DNA of 64,000 nucleotides from Eutreptiella sp. 'Long Island Sound 2002'. Its lineage: Eukaryota > Protista > Euglenida. Where the stretch lies: the NCBI GenBank assembly GCA_964036045.1, contig OZ038379.1, positions 71,486,001 through 71,550,000 of the forward strand, in the 5' to 3' direction. The notes beneath the pieces were generated by a model, which did no database searches, was not told the origin of the DNA, and worked only from the letters and a program-made list of their open reading frames with translations. Shown here one piece after another: positions 47,639-60,212 of this stretch. The translations under genes and the position numbers were made by a program. Positions within the stretch are counted from its first letter, which is position 1. Every line of letters starts with the position of its first letter.

Positions 47639-50600
47639 TTATTATATTTAATTGTGCTATGGTTCGTCGTCGTTTGTCGTCGTCGTCGTCGTCGTCGTTC
47701 GTCTTCCCCAAAAATCTCTTATTATATTTAATTGTGCTATGGTTCGTCGTTTGTCGTCGTTCGTCGTCGTCGTTCGTCGTCGTTCGTCATACCCAAAATC
47801 GTCGAATCGTTCGTCATACCCCAAAAATCCTCCCAATCGTGCACGCTGCTGCTGGCGCGCGCGCGTGCCCGTCAAATGGCATCTGGCGGATTTGCGATTT
47901 CGATTTCTGGCACGAGAAATCGATCTGAAATCATGGAATCACGTGTTTTAAAAATCTGTATGTACTGTACAATCGATTATCCGGGTATCCGCACGAATCA
48001 TCCCACCTGTTGACTTTTGGCGATTTTAGCCAACAGGCAGCAGTGGTGACAGTTCTTTCGCTTATAGAGTACGGGATATGAGGTTTGAGACATGAGTCAT
48101 GAGGTACGGGATACGAGGTACGGGATATGCGGTATGTTGTACACAGTGTGAGGTATAGGTGATGTGTTTGGAAATATGGATTATGCGAATCGCGGTGTGA
48201 AATGTGGTGTCAGAGTACAGTTCAAGAGGGGTAAATTTCACTCATAGAGTACGGGATATGATGTTTGAGTGAGGTACGGGATACGAGGTACGGGATATGC
48301 GGTATGTTGTACACAGTGTGAGGCATGGGTGATGTGTTTGGAAATATGGAATATGCGAATCGCTGTGTGAAATGTGGTGTCAAAGTACAGTTCAAGAGGG
48401 GTATATTTCACTCATAGAGTACGGGATATGATGTTTGATAGAGTACGGGATATGAGGTTTGAGACATGAGTCATGAGGTACGGGATACGAGGTACGGGAT
48501 ATGCGGTATGTTGTAAACAATGTGAGGTATGCGCGATGTGTTTGGAAATATGGATTATGCGAATTGCGGTGTCAAATGTGGTGTCAGAGTACAGTTTAGG
48601 AGGGGTAAGTTCACTCATAGAGTACGGGATATGATGTTTGAGACATGAGTCATGTGGCACGGGATGTGAGGTACGGGACATGAGGTGTGTTGTATTGGGT
48701 TTGCGAAATGCGGTGCGTTGTGAGATATGGCGCTATGGTGATATGGTGATATGGCCCGCGCTTCAAGCGCGGGCATTCGCACTAGTTATCTCTTATTATA
48801 TTTAATTGTGCTATGGACGTCGTTCGTCGTCGTCGTCGTCGTCGTTCGTCTTCCCCAAAAAATCCGCCCAATTGTGCACGCCGCTGCTGGCGCGCGCGCG
48901 TGCCCGTCAAATGGCATCTGGCGGATTTGCGATTTCGATTTCTGGCACGAGAAATCGATCTGAAATCATGGAATCACGTGTTTGAAAAATCTGTATGTAC
49001 TGTACAATCGATTATCCGGGTATCCGCACGAATCATCCCGCCTGTCGACTTTTGGCGATTTTAGGCAACAGGCAGCAGTGGTGACAGTTCTCTCGCTTAT
49101 AGAGTACGGGATATGAGGTTTGAGACATGAGTCATGAGGTACGGGATACGAGGTACGGGATATGCGGTATGTTGTACACATTGTGAGGTATGGGTGATGT
49201 GTTTGGAAATATGGATGATGCGAATCGCGGTGTCAAATGTGGTGTCAGAGTACAGTTTAGGAGGGGTAAATTTCACTCATAGAGTACGGGATATGATGTT
49301 TGAGTGAGGTACGGGATACGAGGTACGGGATATGCGGTATGTTGTACACAGTGTGAGGTATGGGTGATGTGTTTGGAAATATGGATTATGCGAATCGCGG
49401 TGTCAAATGTGGTGTCAGAGTACAGTTTAGGAGGGGTAAGTTTCACTCATAGAGTACGGGATATGATGTTTGAGACATGAGTCAGGTGGCACGGGATATG
49501 AGGTACGGGACATGAGGTGTGTTGTATTGGGTATGTGAAATGCAGTGCAGTGTGGGATATGGTGCTATGGTGATATGGTGATATGGCCCGCGCTTCAAGC
49601 GCGGGCATTCGCACTAGTTAATATATTTAATTGTGCTATGGTCGTCGTTCGTCGTCGTCGTCGTCGTCGTTCGTCTTCCCCAAAAAATCCGCCCAATTGT
49701 GCACGCTGCTGCTGGCGCGCGCGCGTGCCTGTCAAATGGCATCTGGCTGATTTGCGATTTCGATTTCTGGCACGAGAAATCGATCTGAAATCATGGAATC
49801 ATGTGTTTTGAAAATCTGTATGTACTGTACAATCGATTTTCCCGGTATCTGCACGAAAAATCCCGCCTGTTGACTTTTGGCGATTTTAGCCAACAGGCAG
49901 CAGTGGCGCTCTCGCTTATAGAGTACGGGATATGAGGTTTGAGACATGAGTCATGAGGTACGGGATACGAGGCACGGGATATGCGGTATGTTGTACACAG
50001 TGTGAGGCATGGGTGATGTGTTTGGAAATATGGAATATGCGAATCGCGGTGTCAAATGTGGTGTCAGAGTACAGCTTAGGAAGGGTATATTTCACTCATA
50101 GGGTACGGGATATGATGTTTGATAGAGTACGGGATATGAGGTTTGAGACATGAGTCATGAGGTACGGGATACGAGGTACGGGATATGCGGTATGTTGTAC
50201 ACAGTGTGAGGCATGGGTGATATGTTTGGAAATATGGATTATGCGAATTGCGGTGTCAAATGTGGTGTCAGAGTACAGCATAGGAGGGGTAAGTTTCACT
50301 CATAGAGTACGGGATATGATGTTTGAGACATGAGTCATGTGGCACGGGATATGAGGTACGGGACATCAGGTGTGTTGTATTGCATATGCGAAATGCGGTG
50401 CGGTGTGAGATATGGTGCTATGGTGATATGGTGATATGGCCCGCGCTTCAAGCGCGGGCATTTGCACTAGTTATATTTAATTGTGCTATGGTTGTTCGTC
50501 GTCGTCGTCGTCGTCGTTCGTCATACCCAAAAAATCCGCCCAATCGTGCACGCTGCTGCTGGCGCGCGCGCGTGCCCGTCAAATGGCATCTGGCGGATTT

Positions 50601-53600
50601 GCGATTTCGATTTCTGGCACGAGAAATCGATCTGAAATCATGGAATCATGTGTTTTGAAAACCTGTATGTACTGCACAATCGATTATCCGGGTATCTGCA
50701 CGAATAATCCCGCCTGTTGACTTTTGGCGATTTTAGCCAGCAGGCAGCAGTGGCGCTCTCGCTTATAGAGTACGGGATATGAGGTTTGAGACATGAGTCA
50801 TGATGTACGGGATACGAGGTACGGGATATGCGGTATGTTGTACACAGTGTGAGGCATGGGTGATGTGTTTGGAAATATGGATTATGCGAATCGCGGTGTC
50901 AAATGTGGTGTCAGAGTACAGCTTAGGAGGGGTATATTTCACTCATAGAGTACGGGATATGATGTTTGATAGAGTCCTGGATATGAGGTTTGAGACATGA
51001 TCATGAGGTACGGGATACGAGGTACGGGATATGCGGTATGTTGTACACAGTGTGAGGTATGGGTGATGTGTTTGGAAATATGGATTATGCGAATTGCGGT
51101 GTCAAATGTGGTGTCAGAGTACAGCTTAGGAGGGGTCAATTTCACTCATAGAGTACGGGATATGATGTTTGAGACATGAGTCATGTGGCACGGGATATGA
51201 GGTACGGGACATGAGGTGTGTTGTACTCGGTATGTGAAATGCGGTGCAGTGTGAGATATGGTGCTATGGTGATACGGTGATATGGCCCGCGCTTCAAGCG
51301 CGGCCATTCGCACTAGTTATTATATTTAATTGTGCTATGGTTCGTTCGTCGTCGTCGTCGTTTGTCGTCGTCGTCGTTCGTCATACCCAAAAAATCCTCC
51401 CAATTGTGCTCGCTGCTCCTGGCGCGCGCGCGTGCCCGTCAAATGGCATCTGGCGGATTTGCGATTTCGATTTCTGGCACGAGAAATCGATCTGAAATCA
51501 CGGAATCACGTGTTTTGAAAACCTGTATGTACTGTACAATCGATTATCCGGGTATCCGCACGAATCATCCCGCCTGTTGACTTTTGGCGATTTTAGCCAA
51601 CAGGCAGCAGTGGTGACAGTTCTTTCGCTTATAGAGTACGGGATATGAGGTTTGAGACATGACTCATGAGGTACGGGATACGAGGTACGGGATATGCGGT
51701 ATGTTGTACACAGTGTGAGGTATAGGTGATGTGTTTGGAAATATGGATTATGCGAATCGCGGTGTCAAATGTGGTGTCAGAGTACAGCTTAGGAGGGGTA
51801 TATTTCACTCATAGAGTACGGGATATGATGTTTGATAGAGTCCTGGATATGAGGTTTGAGACATGATCATGAGGTACGGGATACGAGGTACGGGATATGC
51901 GGTATGTTGTACACAGTGTGAGGTATGGGTGATGTGTTTGGAAATATGGATTATGCGAATTGCGGTGTCAAATGTGGTGTCAGAGTACAGCTTAGGAGGG
52001 GTAAATTTCACTCATAGAGTACGGGATATGATGTTTGAGACATGAGTCATGTGGCACGGGATATGAGGTACGGGACATGAGGTGTGTTGTACTCGGTATG
52101 TGAAATGCGGTGCAGTGTGAGATATGGTGCTATGGTGATACGGTGATATGGCCCGCGCTTCAAGCGCGGGCATTCGCACTAGTTATTATATTTAATTGTG
52201 CTATGGTTCGTTCGTCGTCGTCGTCGTTTGTCGTCGTCGTCGTTCGTCATACCCAAAAAATCCTCCCAATTGTGCTCGCTGCTGCTGGCGCGCGCGCGTG
52301 CCCGTCAAATGGCATCTGGCGGATTTGCGATTTCGATTTCTGGCACGAGAAATCGATCTGAAATCACGGAATCACGTGTTTTGAAAACCTGTATGTACTG
52401 TACAATCGATTATCCGGGTATCCGCACGAATCATCCCGCCTGTTGACTTTTGGCGATTTTAGCCAACAGGCAGCAGTGGTGACAGTTCTTTCGCTTATAG
52501 AGTACGGGATATGAGGTTTGAGACATGACTCATGAGGTACGGGATACGAGGTACGGGATATGCGGTATGTTGTACAGAGTGTGAGGTATGGGTGATGTGT
52601 TTGGAAATATGGATTATGCAAATCGCGGTGTGAAATGTGGTGTCAGAGTACAGCTTAGGAGGGGTAAATTTCACTCATAGAGTATGGGATATGATGTTTG
52701 AGTGAGGTACGGGATACGAGGTACGGGATATGCGGTATGTTGTACACAGTGTGAGGTATGGGTGATGTGTTTGGAAATATGGATTATGCGAATCGCGGTG
52801 TCAAATGTGCTGTCAGAGTACAGTTTAGGAGGGGTGAGTTTCACTCATAGAGTACGGGATATGATGTTTGAGACATGAGTCAGGTGGCACGGGATATGAG
52901 GTACGGGACATGAGGTGTGTTGTATTGGGTTTGCGAAATGCGGTGCGGTGTGAGATATGGTGCTATGGTGCTATGGTGATATGGCCCGCGCTTCAAGCGC
53001 GGGCATTCGCACTAGTTATCTTCTTATTATATTTAATTGTGCTATGGTTCGTCGTTCGTCGTCGTCGTCGTCGTCGTTCGTCATACCCAAAAAGTCCTCC
53101 CAATCGTGCACGCTGCTGCTGGCGCGCGCGCGTGCCCGTCAAATGGCATCTGGCGGATTTGCGATTTCGATTTCTGGCACGAGAAATCGATCTGAAATCA
53201 TGGAATCATGTGTTTTAAAAATCTGTATGTACTGTACAATCGATTATCCGGGTATCTGCACGAATAATCCCGCCTGTTGACTTTTGGCGATTTTAGGAAA
53301 CAGGCAGCAGTGGCGACAGTTCTCTCGCCTATAGAGTACGGGATATGAGGTTTGAGACATGAGTCATGAGGTACGAGATACGAGGTACGGGATATGCGGT
53401 ATGTTGTACACAGTGTGAGGCATGGGTGATGTGTTTGGAAATATGGATTATGCGAATGGCGGTGTCAAATGTGGTGTCAGAGTACAGTTTAGGAGGGGTA
53501 AATTTCACTCATAGAGTACGGGATATGATGTTTGAGACATGAGTCAGATGGCACGGGATATGAGGTACGCGACATGAGGTGTGTCGTATTGGGTATGTGA

Positions 53601-56600
53601 AATGCGGTGCAGTGTGAGATATGGTGCTATGGTGATATGGTGATATGGCCCGCGCTTCAAGCGCGGGCATTCGCACTAGTTAATATATTTAATTGTGCTA
53701 TGGACATTCGTTGTCGTCGTCGTCGTCGTTCGTCATACCCAAAAAATCCTCCCAATTGTGCACGCTGCTGCTGGCGCGCGCGCGTGCCTGTCAAATGGCA
53801 TCTGGCGGATTTGCGATTTCGATTTCTGGCACGAGAAATCGATCTGAAATCATGGAATCACGTGTTTTAAAAATCTGTATGTACTGTACAATCGATTATC
53901 CGAGATCCGCACGAATCATCCCGCCTGTTCACTTTTGGCGATTTTAGGCAACAGGCAGCAGTGGCGACAGTTCTGTTGCTTATATAGTACGGGATATGAG
54001 GTTTGAGACATGAGTCATGAGGTACGGGAAACGAGGTACGGGATATGCGGTATGTTGTACACAGTGTGAGGTATGGGTGATGTGTTTGGAAATATGGATT
54101 ATGCGAATCGCGGTGTCAAATGTGGCGTCAGAGTACAGTTTAGGAGGGGTATATTTCACTCCTAGAGTACGGGATATGATGTTTGAGTGTTGTACGGGAT
54201 ACGATGTACGGGATATGCGGTATGTTGTACACAGTGTGAGGTATGGGTGATGTGTTTGGAAATATGGATTATGCGAATTGCGGTGCCAAATGTGGTGTCA
54301 GAGTACAGTTTAGGAGGGGTAAGTTTAACTCATAGAGTACGGGATATGATGTAGGAGACATGAGTCATGTGGCACGGGATATGAGGTACGGGACATGAGG
54401 TGTGTTGTATTGGGTATGTGAAATGCGCTGCAGTGTGAGATATGGTGCTATAGTGATACGGTGATATGGCCCGCGCTTCAAGCGCGGGCATTCGCAGCAG
54501 TTAATATATTTAATTGTGGTATGGACGTTCGTTCGTTCGTTCGTTCGTTCGTTCGTTCGTTCGTTCGGTCGTTCGTCGTCGCTCGTCATACCCCAAAAAT
54601 CCTCCCAATCGTGCCCGCTGCTGCTGGCGCGCGCGCGTGCTGCCTGTGGAAATTTTGGATTTGCAAATGCAATTTGGATTTGCTTTTTGGAATTGCAAAT
54701 GCGATGTCTGGGAATTTTAGAATTGCAAATGTACTTTTGTTTTTTGAATACTGAAACTGTGCGCAGCATTTAGGGTTTTGCTGCAGGCGGTAACGGATCC
54801 GGCCGGTCCGCAAACCGCCCGGTCAAGCGTTCTGATGCACTTGATGGGTAGTGATGCAGTCCAATGATGACAATGACTGATGATGCATGCTATTAATATA
54901 TTTAATTGTGGTATGGACGTTCGTTCGTCGTCGTCGTCGTCGTTCGTCATACCCAAAAAATCCGCCCAATTGTGCACGCTGCTGCTGGCGCGCGCGCGTG
55001 CCCGTCAAATGGCATCTGGCGGATTTGCGATTTCGATTTCTGGCACGAGAAATCGATCTGAAATCATGGAATCATGTGTTTTGTAAATCTGGATGTACTG
55101 TACAATCGATTATCCGAGTATCTGCACGAATCATCCCGCCTGTTGACTTTTGGCGATTTTAGCCAACAGGCAGCACTGGCGACAGTTCTCTCGCTTATAG
55201 AGTACGGGATATGAAGTTTGAGACATGAGTCATGAGGTACGGGATACGAGGTACCGGATATGCGGTATGTTGTACACAGTGTGAGGTATGGGTGATGTGT
55301 TTGGAAATATGGATTATGCGAATTGCGGTGTGAAATGTGGTGTCAGAGTACAGTTTAGGAGGGGTAAGCTTCACTCATAGAGTACGGGATATGATGTTTG
55401 AGACATGAGTCAGGTGGCACGGGATATGAGGTACGGGACATGAGGTGTTTTGTATTGAATATGTGAAATGCGGTGCGGTGTGAGATATGATGCTATGGTG
55501 ATATTGTGATATGGCCCGCGCTTCAAGCGCGGGCATTCGCACTACTGGTTCGTCGTTTGTCGTCGTTCGTCGTCGTCGTTCGTCGTCGTCGTTCGTCATA
55601 CCCAAAATTGTTGTCGTTCGTCATACCCAAAATTGTCGTCGTTCGTCATACCCAAAAAATCCTCCCAATTGTGCACGCTGCTGCTGGCGCGCGCGCGTGC
55701 TTGTCAAATGGGATCTAGCGGATTTGCGATTTCGATTTCTGGCACGAGAAATCGATCTGAAATCATGGAATCATGTGTTTTAAAAATCTGAATGTACTGT
55801 ATAATTGATTATCCGGGTATCTGCACGAATAATCCCGCCTGTTGACTTTTGGCGATTTTAGCCAACAGGCAGCATTGGCGACAGTTCTCTCGCTTATAGA
55901 GTACGGGATATGAGGTTTGAGACATGAGTCATGAGGTACGGGATACGAGGTACCGGATATGCGGTATGTTGTACACAGTGTGAGGCATGGGTGATGTGTT
56001 TGGAAATATGGATTATGCGAATCGCGGTGTCAAATGTGGTGTCAGAGTACAATTTAGGAGGGGTAAATTTCACTCATAGAGTACGGGATATGATGTTTGA
56101 GTGAGGTACGGGATACAAGGTACGGGATATGCGGTATGTTGTACACAGTGTGAGGTATGGGTGATGTGTTTGGAAATATGGATTATGCGAATCGCGGTGT
56201 CAAATGTGGTGTCAGAGTACAGCTTAGGAGGGGTAAGTTTCACTCATAGAGTACGGGATATGATGTTTGAGTGAGGTACGGGATACAAGGTACGGGATAT
56301 GCGGTATGTTGTACACAGTGTGAGGTATGGGTGATGTGTTTGGAAATATGGATTATGCGAATCGCGGTGTCAAATGTGGTGTCAGAGTACAGCTTAGGAG
56401 GGGTAAGTTTCACTCATAGAGTATGGGATATGATGTTTGAGTGAGGTACGGGATACGAGGTATGGGATATGCGGTATGTTGTACACAGTGTGAGGTATGG
56501 GTGATGTGTTTGGAAATATGGATTATGCGAATTGCGGTGTCAAATGTGGTGTCAGAGTACAGCTTAGGAGGGGTAAGTTTCACTCATAGAGTACGGGATA

Positions 56601-57615
56601 TGATGTTTGAGACATGAGTCAGGTGGCACGGGATATGAGGTACGGGACATGAGGTGTGTTGTATTGGGTATGTGAAATGCGGTGCGGTGTGAGATATAGT
56701 GCTATGGTGATATGGTGATATGGCCCGCGCTTCAAGCGCGGGCATTCGCACTAGTTAATATATTTAATTGTGCTATGGTTCGTTCGTCGTCGTCGTCGTT
56801 TGTCGTCGTCGTCGTTCGTCATACCCAAAAAATCCGCCCACTCGTGCACGCTCCTGCTGGCGCGCGCGCGTGCCCGTCAAATGGCATCTGGCGGATTTGC
56901 GATTTCGATTTCTGGCACGACAAATCGATCTCCAATCATGGAATCATGTGTTTTGAAAACCTGTATGTACTGCACAATCGATTATCCGGGTATCTGCACG
57001 AAGAATCCCGCCTGTTGACTTTTGGCGATTTTAGCCAACAGGCAGCAGTGGCCCTCTCGCTTATAGAGTACGGGATATGAGGTTTGAGACATGAGTCATG
57101 AGGTACGGGATACGAGGTACGGGATATGCGGTATGTTGTACACAGTGTGAGGCATGGGTGATGTGTTTGGAAATATGGATTATGCGAATCGCGGTGTCAA
57201 ATGTGGTGTCAGAGTACAGCTTAAGAGGGGTATATTTCACTCATAGAGTACAGGATATGATGTTTGATAGAGTCCGGGATATGAGGTTTGAGACATGAGT
57301 CATGAGGTACGGGATACGAGGTACGGGATCTGCGGTATGTTGTACACAGTGTGAGGTATGGGTGATGTGTTTGGAAATATGGATTATGCGAATTGCGGTG
57401 TCAAATGTGGTGTCAGAGTACAGTTTAGGAGGGGTAAATTTCACCCATAGAGTACGGGATATGGTGTTTGAGACATGAGTCATGTGGCACGGGATATGAG
57501 GTACGGGACATGAGGTGTGTTGTATTGGGTATGTGAAATGCGGTGCGGTGTGAGATATGGTGCTATGGTGATACGGTGATATGGCCCGCGCTTCAAGCGC
57601 GGGCATTTGCACTAG
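47639..57615 (+). mobile_element. Cluster C: 11 short non-autonomous Helitrons plus one long-type 5' fragment (54501-54892)
   Basis: 3' termini at 48785, 49617, 50470, 51316, 52182, 53015, 53679, 54500 (GCAG), 55545 (CTAC), 56754 and 57615. Internal subrepeats of 170 bp (e.g. 56071, 56241, 56411, 56581) or about 203 bp. Confidence 0.92.
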
Positions 57616-58304
57616 TTATTATATTTAATTGTGCTATGGTTCGTTCGTCGTCGTCGTCGTTTGTCGTCGTCGTCGTTCGTCATACCCAAAAAATCCTCAA
57701 AAAATCCTCCCAATTGTGCACGCTGCTGCTGGCGCGCGCGAGTGCTCCCTGTGGAAATTTTGGATTTGCAAATGCAGTTTGGATTTGCGTTTTGGAATTG
57801 CAAATGCGATGTCTGGGAATTTTAGAATTGCAAATGTACTTTTGTTTTTTGAATGCTGATACTGTGCGCAGCATTTAGGGTTTTGCTGCAGGCGGTAACG
57901 GATCCGGCCGGTCCGCAAACCGCCCGGTCAAGCGTTCTGATGCACTTGATGGGTAGTGATGCAGTCCAATGATGACAATGACTGATGATGCATGCTATGG
58001 CGGGCAACACGTCACTCAGTGAAGATTTTTAGATTTAGATTTTGATTTGGTTAGAATGAACAATTGAGAAAAAACAAACATGTAACACATGTTGAAAACC
58101 ATTCTTTCTACCTCTTTTGTAACAGTGACCGTAATCGAAATGTTGAGCTTCTTGAATGCCAAAAAAGTGCTGAAGACCCTTCGGAAGAAGAAGAAGGAGA
58201 CAGATGATCAGGTGTTGTTTCGAGTTGTGTTGTTCGCAGCTTGAGCCGGTGACTTCCCGTCGTTTTGACCTGAAAGCGATCGTCGTGGTTTGATCCTGCC
58301 TTTG

Positions 58305-58823
58305 TGATGCGCGGCCGCAGGTATCGAACAAACAGTGTGTTCTCGGTTGCGAAGCACCTGTTTTCTTGTCGTCTTGCAGGCGTGGTTCTGTACGTTTTGC
58401 TCTGTGGGTTCTGCCCTTTCTTCGACGAATGTATACCTGCGGTGTTTGCTTCCATTACAAGCGGAAACCATTCGTTCCCTTCTCCGCCCTGGGATTCCAT
58501 TTCAGACGTATGTCCGCCACAAGTGACGCTTGTCCACGGTTTCGCCCTGCATGCCAATCAGTGTGCGAGTGCATTTTGGTGAACGCACAGGTACGTTCAC
58601 GCACAGGAGATGAGGTTGAGGTTTGCTCACATCTCCACTGCGTCCACAGGATGCGAAAGATGTGGTGCGGAGGCTGCTTCTGGTTGATCGGAACAAACGG
58701 TACACGCCGGAACAAGCGTTGAACCATCAATGGATCGTCAATAACACGATGGATCAGACCATACCTGATATCACCGAGAACTTGAAAAATTTTGAACGTC
58801 GGTCGGTCACAGGGATCGTTTGA
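58305..58823 (+). pseudogene. Captured CAMK-group Ser/Thr kinase fragment (subdomains IX-XI; exons 58380-58507 and 58650-58823)
   Basis: GVVLYVLLCGFCPFFDECIPAVFASITSGNHSFPSPPWDSISD|DAKDVVRRLLLVDRNKRYTPEQALNHQWI matches the CaMKI/DCLK-type pattern GV..Y.LLCG..PF......W..IS..AKD....LL..D..KR....AL.H.W. GT-AG introns are in compatible phases. Confidence 0.88.
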
Positions 58824-58825
58824 AC

Positions 58826-60208
58826 AATAGCGGTTCAGAGTGCACGCGTTATGTTGCTCTGAAGGTATGTCAAGGACGATGCGAAACCTGTCGATAAGTA
58901 CCGAAGGTACAGAAGGTACAGAAGGTCATGAAGACTGTGAAGGAGATGGTCAAGAAGACCGTGAAAAAGAAGGTAGGTTGCGCACCGTAGTGGTCTGATT
59001 TGCACCTGCTGTCGAGCAGCCTGTGTATCGTGTCCCACTACATTCCAGGTCACTGTTGCAAAGGAAGAGCTTTTTCGAAGGGCAAGTTCAACGAAAAAAT
59101 AATCAACAGCAACAAGGTGTCGTGCGTTTGTTTCAAATGTCTCCCAGTGGGCCATCGGAGTCGTTCAACTAACAAGTTAGCATAGGCCCCATCAAATGCG
59201 TCAAGTTTGCAAACCTTCCCAACATGGACTCAGGTATCGACCGGATTTGTAGCTTGATAACTTTTTCCGTCGTTGCCAATTTTTCCAGTGATGGCTTGGA
59301 GGGAAATGTGGAAGCTCGGACTCATCTAAGCAAGTAGCGATTCCTTCTTGCCCTAGCGAAGACCGAAAAAGGGTTCATGTCACTGTGACGGAACTTCGAA
59401 AATGCATGCCTTCTTCCTCTTTGGATACATGGGTTGCACATGGAAATCGGGTTTGGAATAGAAATCAACAGCACGTAAGTCCACAAGTTTGCTTCTCATG
59501 GTCCCTTGTTCACCAAATAGCGGTTCAGAGTGCACGCGTTATGTTGCTCTGAAGGTATGTCAAGGACGATGCGAAACCTGTCGATAAGTACCGAAGGTAC
59601 AGAAGGTACAGAAGGTCATGAAGACTGTGAAGGAGATGGTCAAGCAGACCGTGAAAAAGAAGGTAGGTTGCGCACCGTAGTGGTCTGATTTGCACCTGCT
59701 GTCGAGCAGCCTGTGTATCGTGTCCCACTACATTCCAGGTCACTGTTGCAAAGGAAGAGCTTTTTCGAAGGGCAAGTTCAACGAAAAAATAATCAACAGC
59801 AACAAGGTGTCGTGCGTTTGTTTCAAATGTCTCCCAGTGGGCCATCGGAGTCGTTCAACTAACAAGTTAGCATAGGCCCAGTCAAATGCGTCAAGTTTGC
59901 AAACCTTCCCAACATGGACTCAGGTATCGACCGGATTTGTAGCTTGATAACTTTTTTCGTCGTTGCCAATTTTTCCAGTGATGGCTCGGAGGGAAATGTG
60001 GAAGCTCGGACTCATCTAAGCAAGTAGCGATTCCTTCTTGCCCTAGCGAAGACCGAAAAAGGGTTCATGTCACTGTGACCGAACTTCGAAAATGCATGCC
60101 TTCTTCCTCTTTGGATACATGGGTTGCACATGGAAATCGGGTTTGGAATAGAAATCAACAGCACGTAGGTCCACAAGTTTGCTTCTCATGGTCCCTTGTT
60201 CACCAAAT
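58826..60208. repeat. 2 x 690-bp tandem duplication of unidentified exon/intron-like sequence
   Basis: AATAGCGGTTCAGAG at 58826/58827 and 59516/59517; AAT microhomology at the ends. Confidence 0.95.
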
Positions 60209-60212
60209 GGGT

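Noticed and set aside
786-57615. Many 60-140 aa ORFs in the short-element clusters
   Set aside because: They are read-throughs of microsatellites and subrepeats, are not conserved in start or stop between copies, and have no protein motifs.
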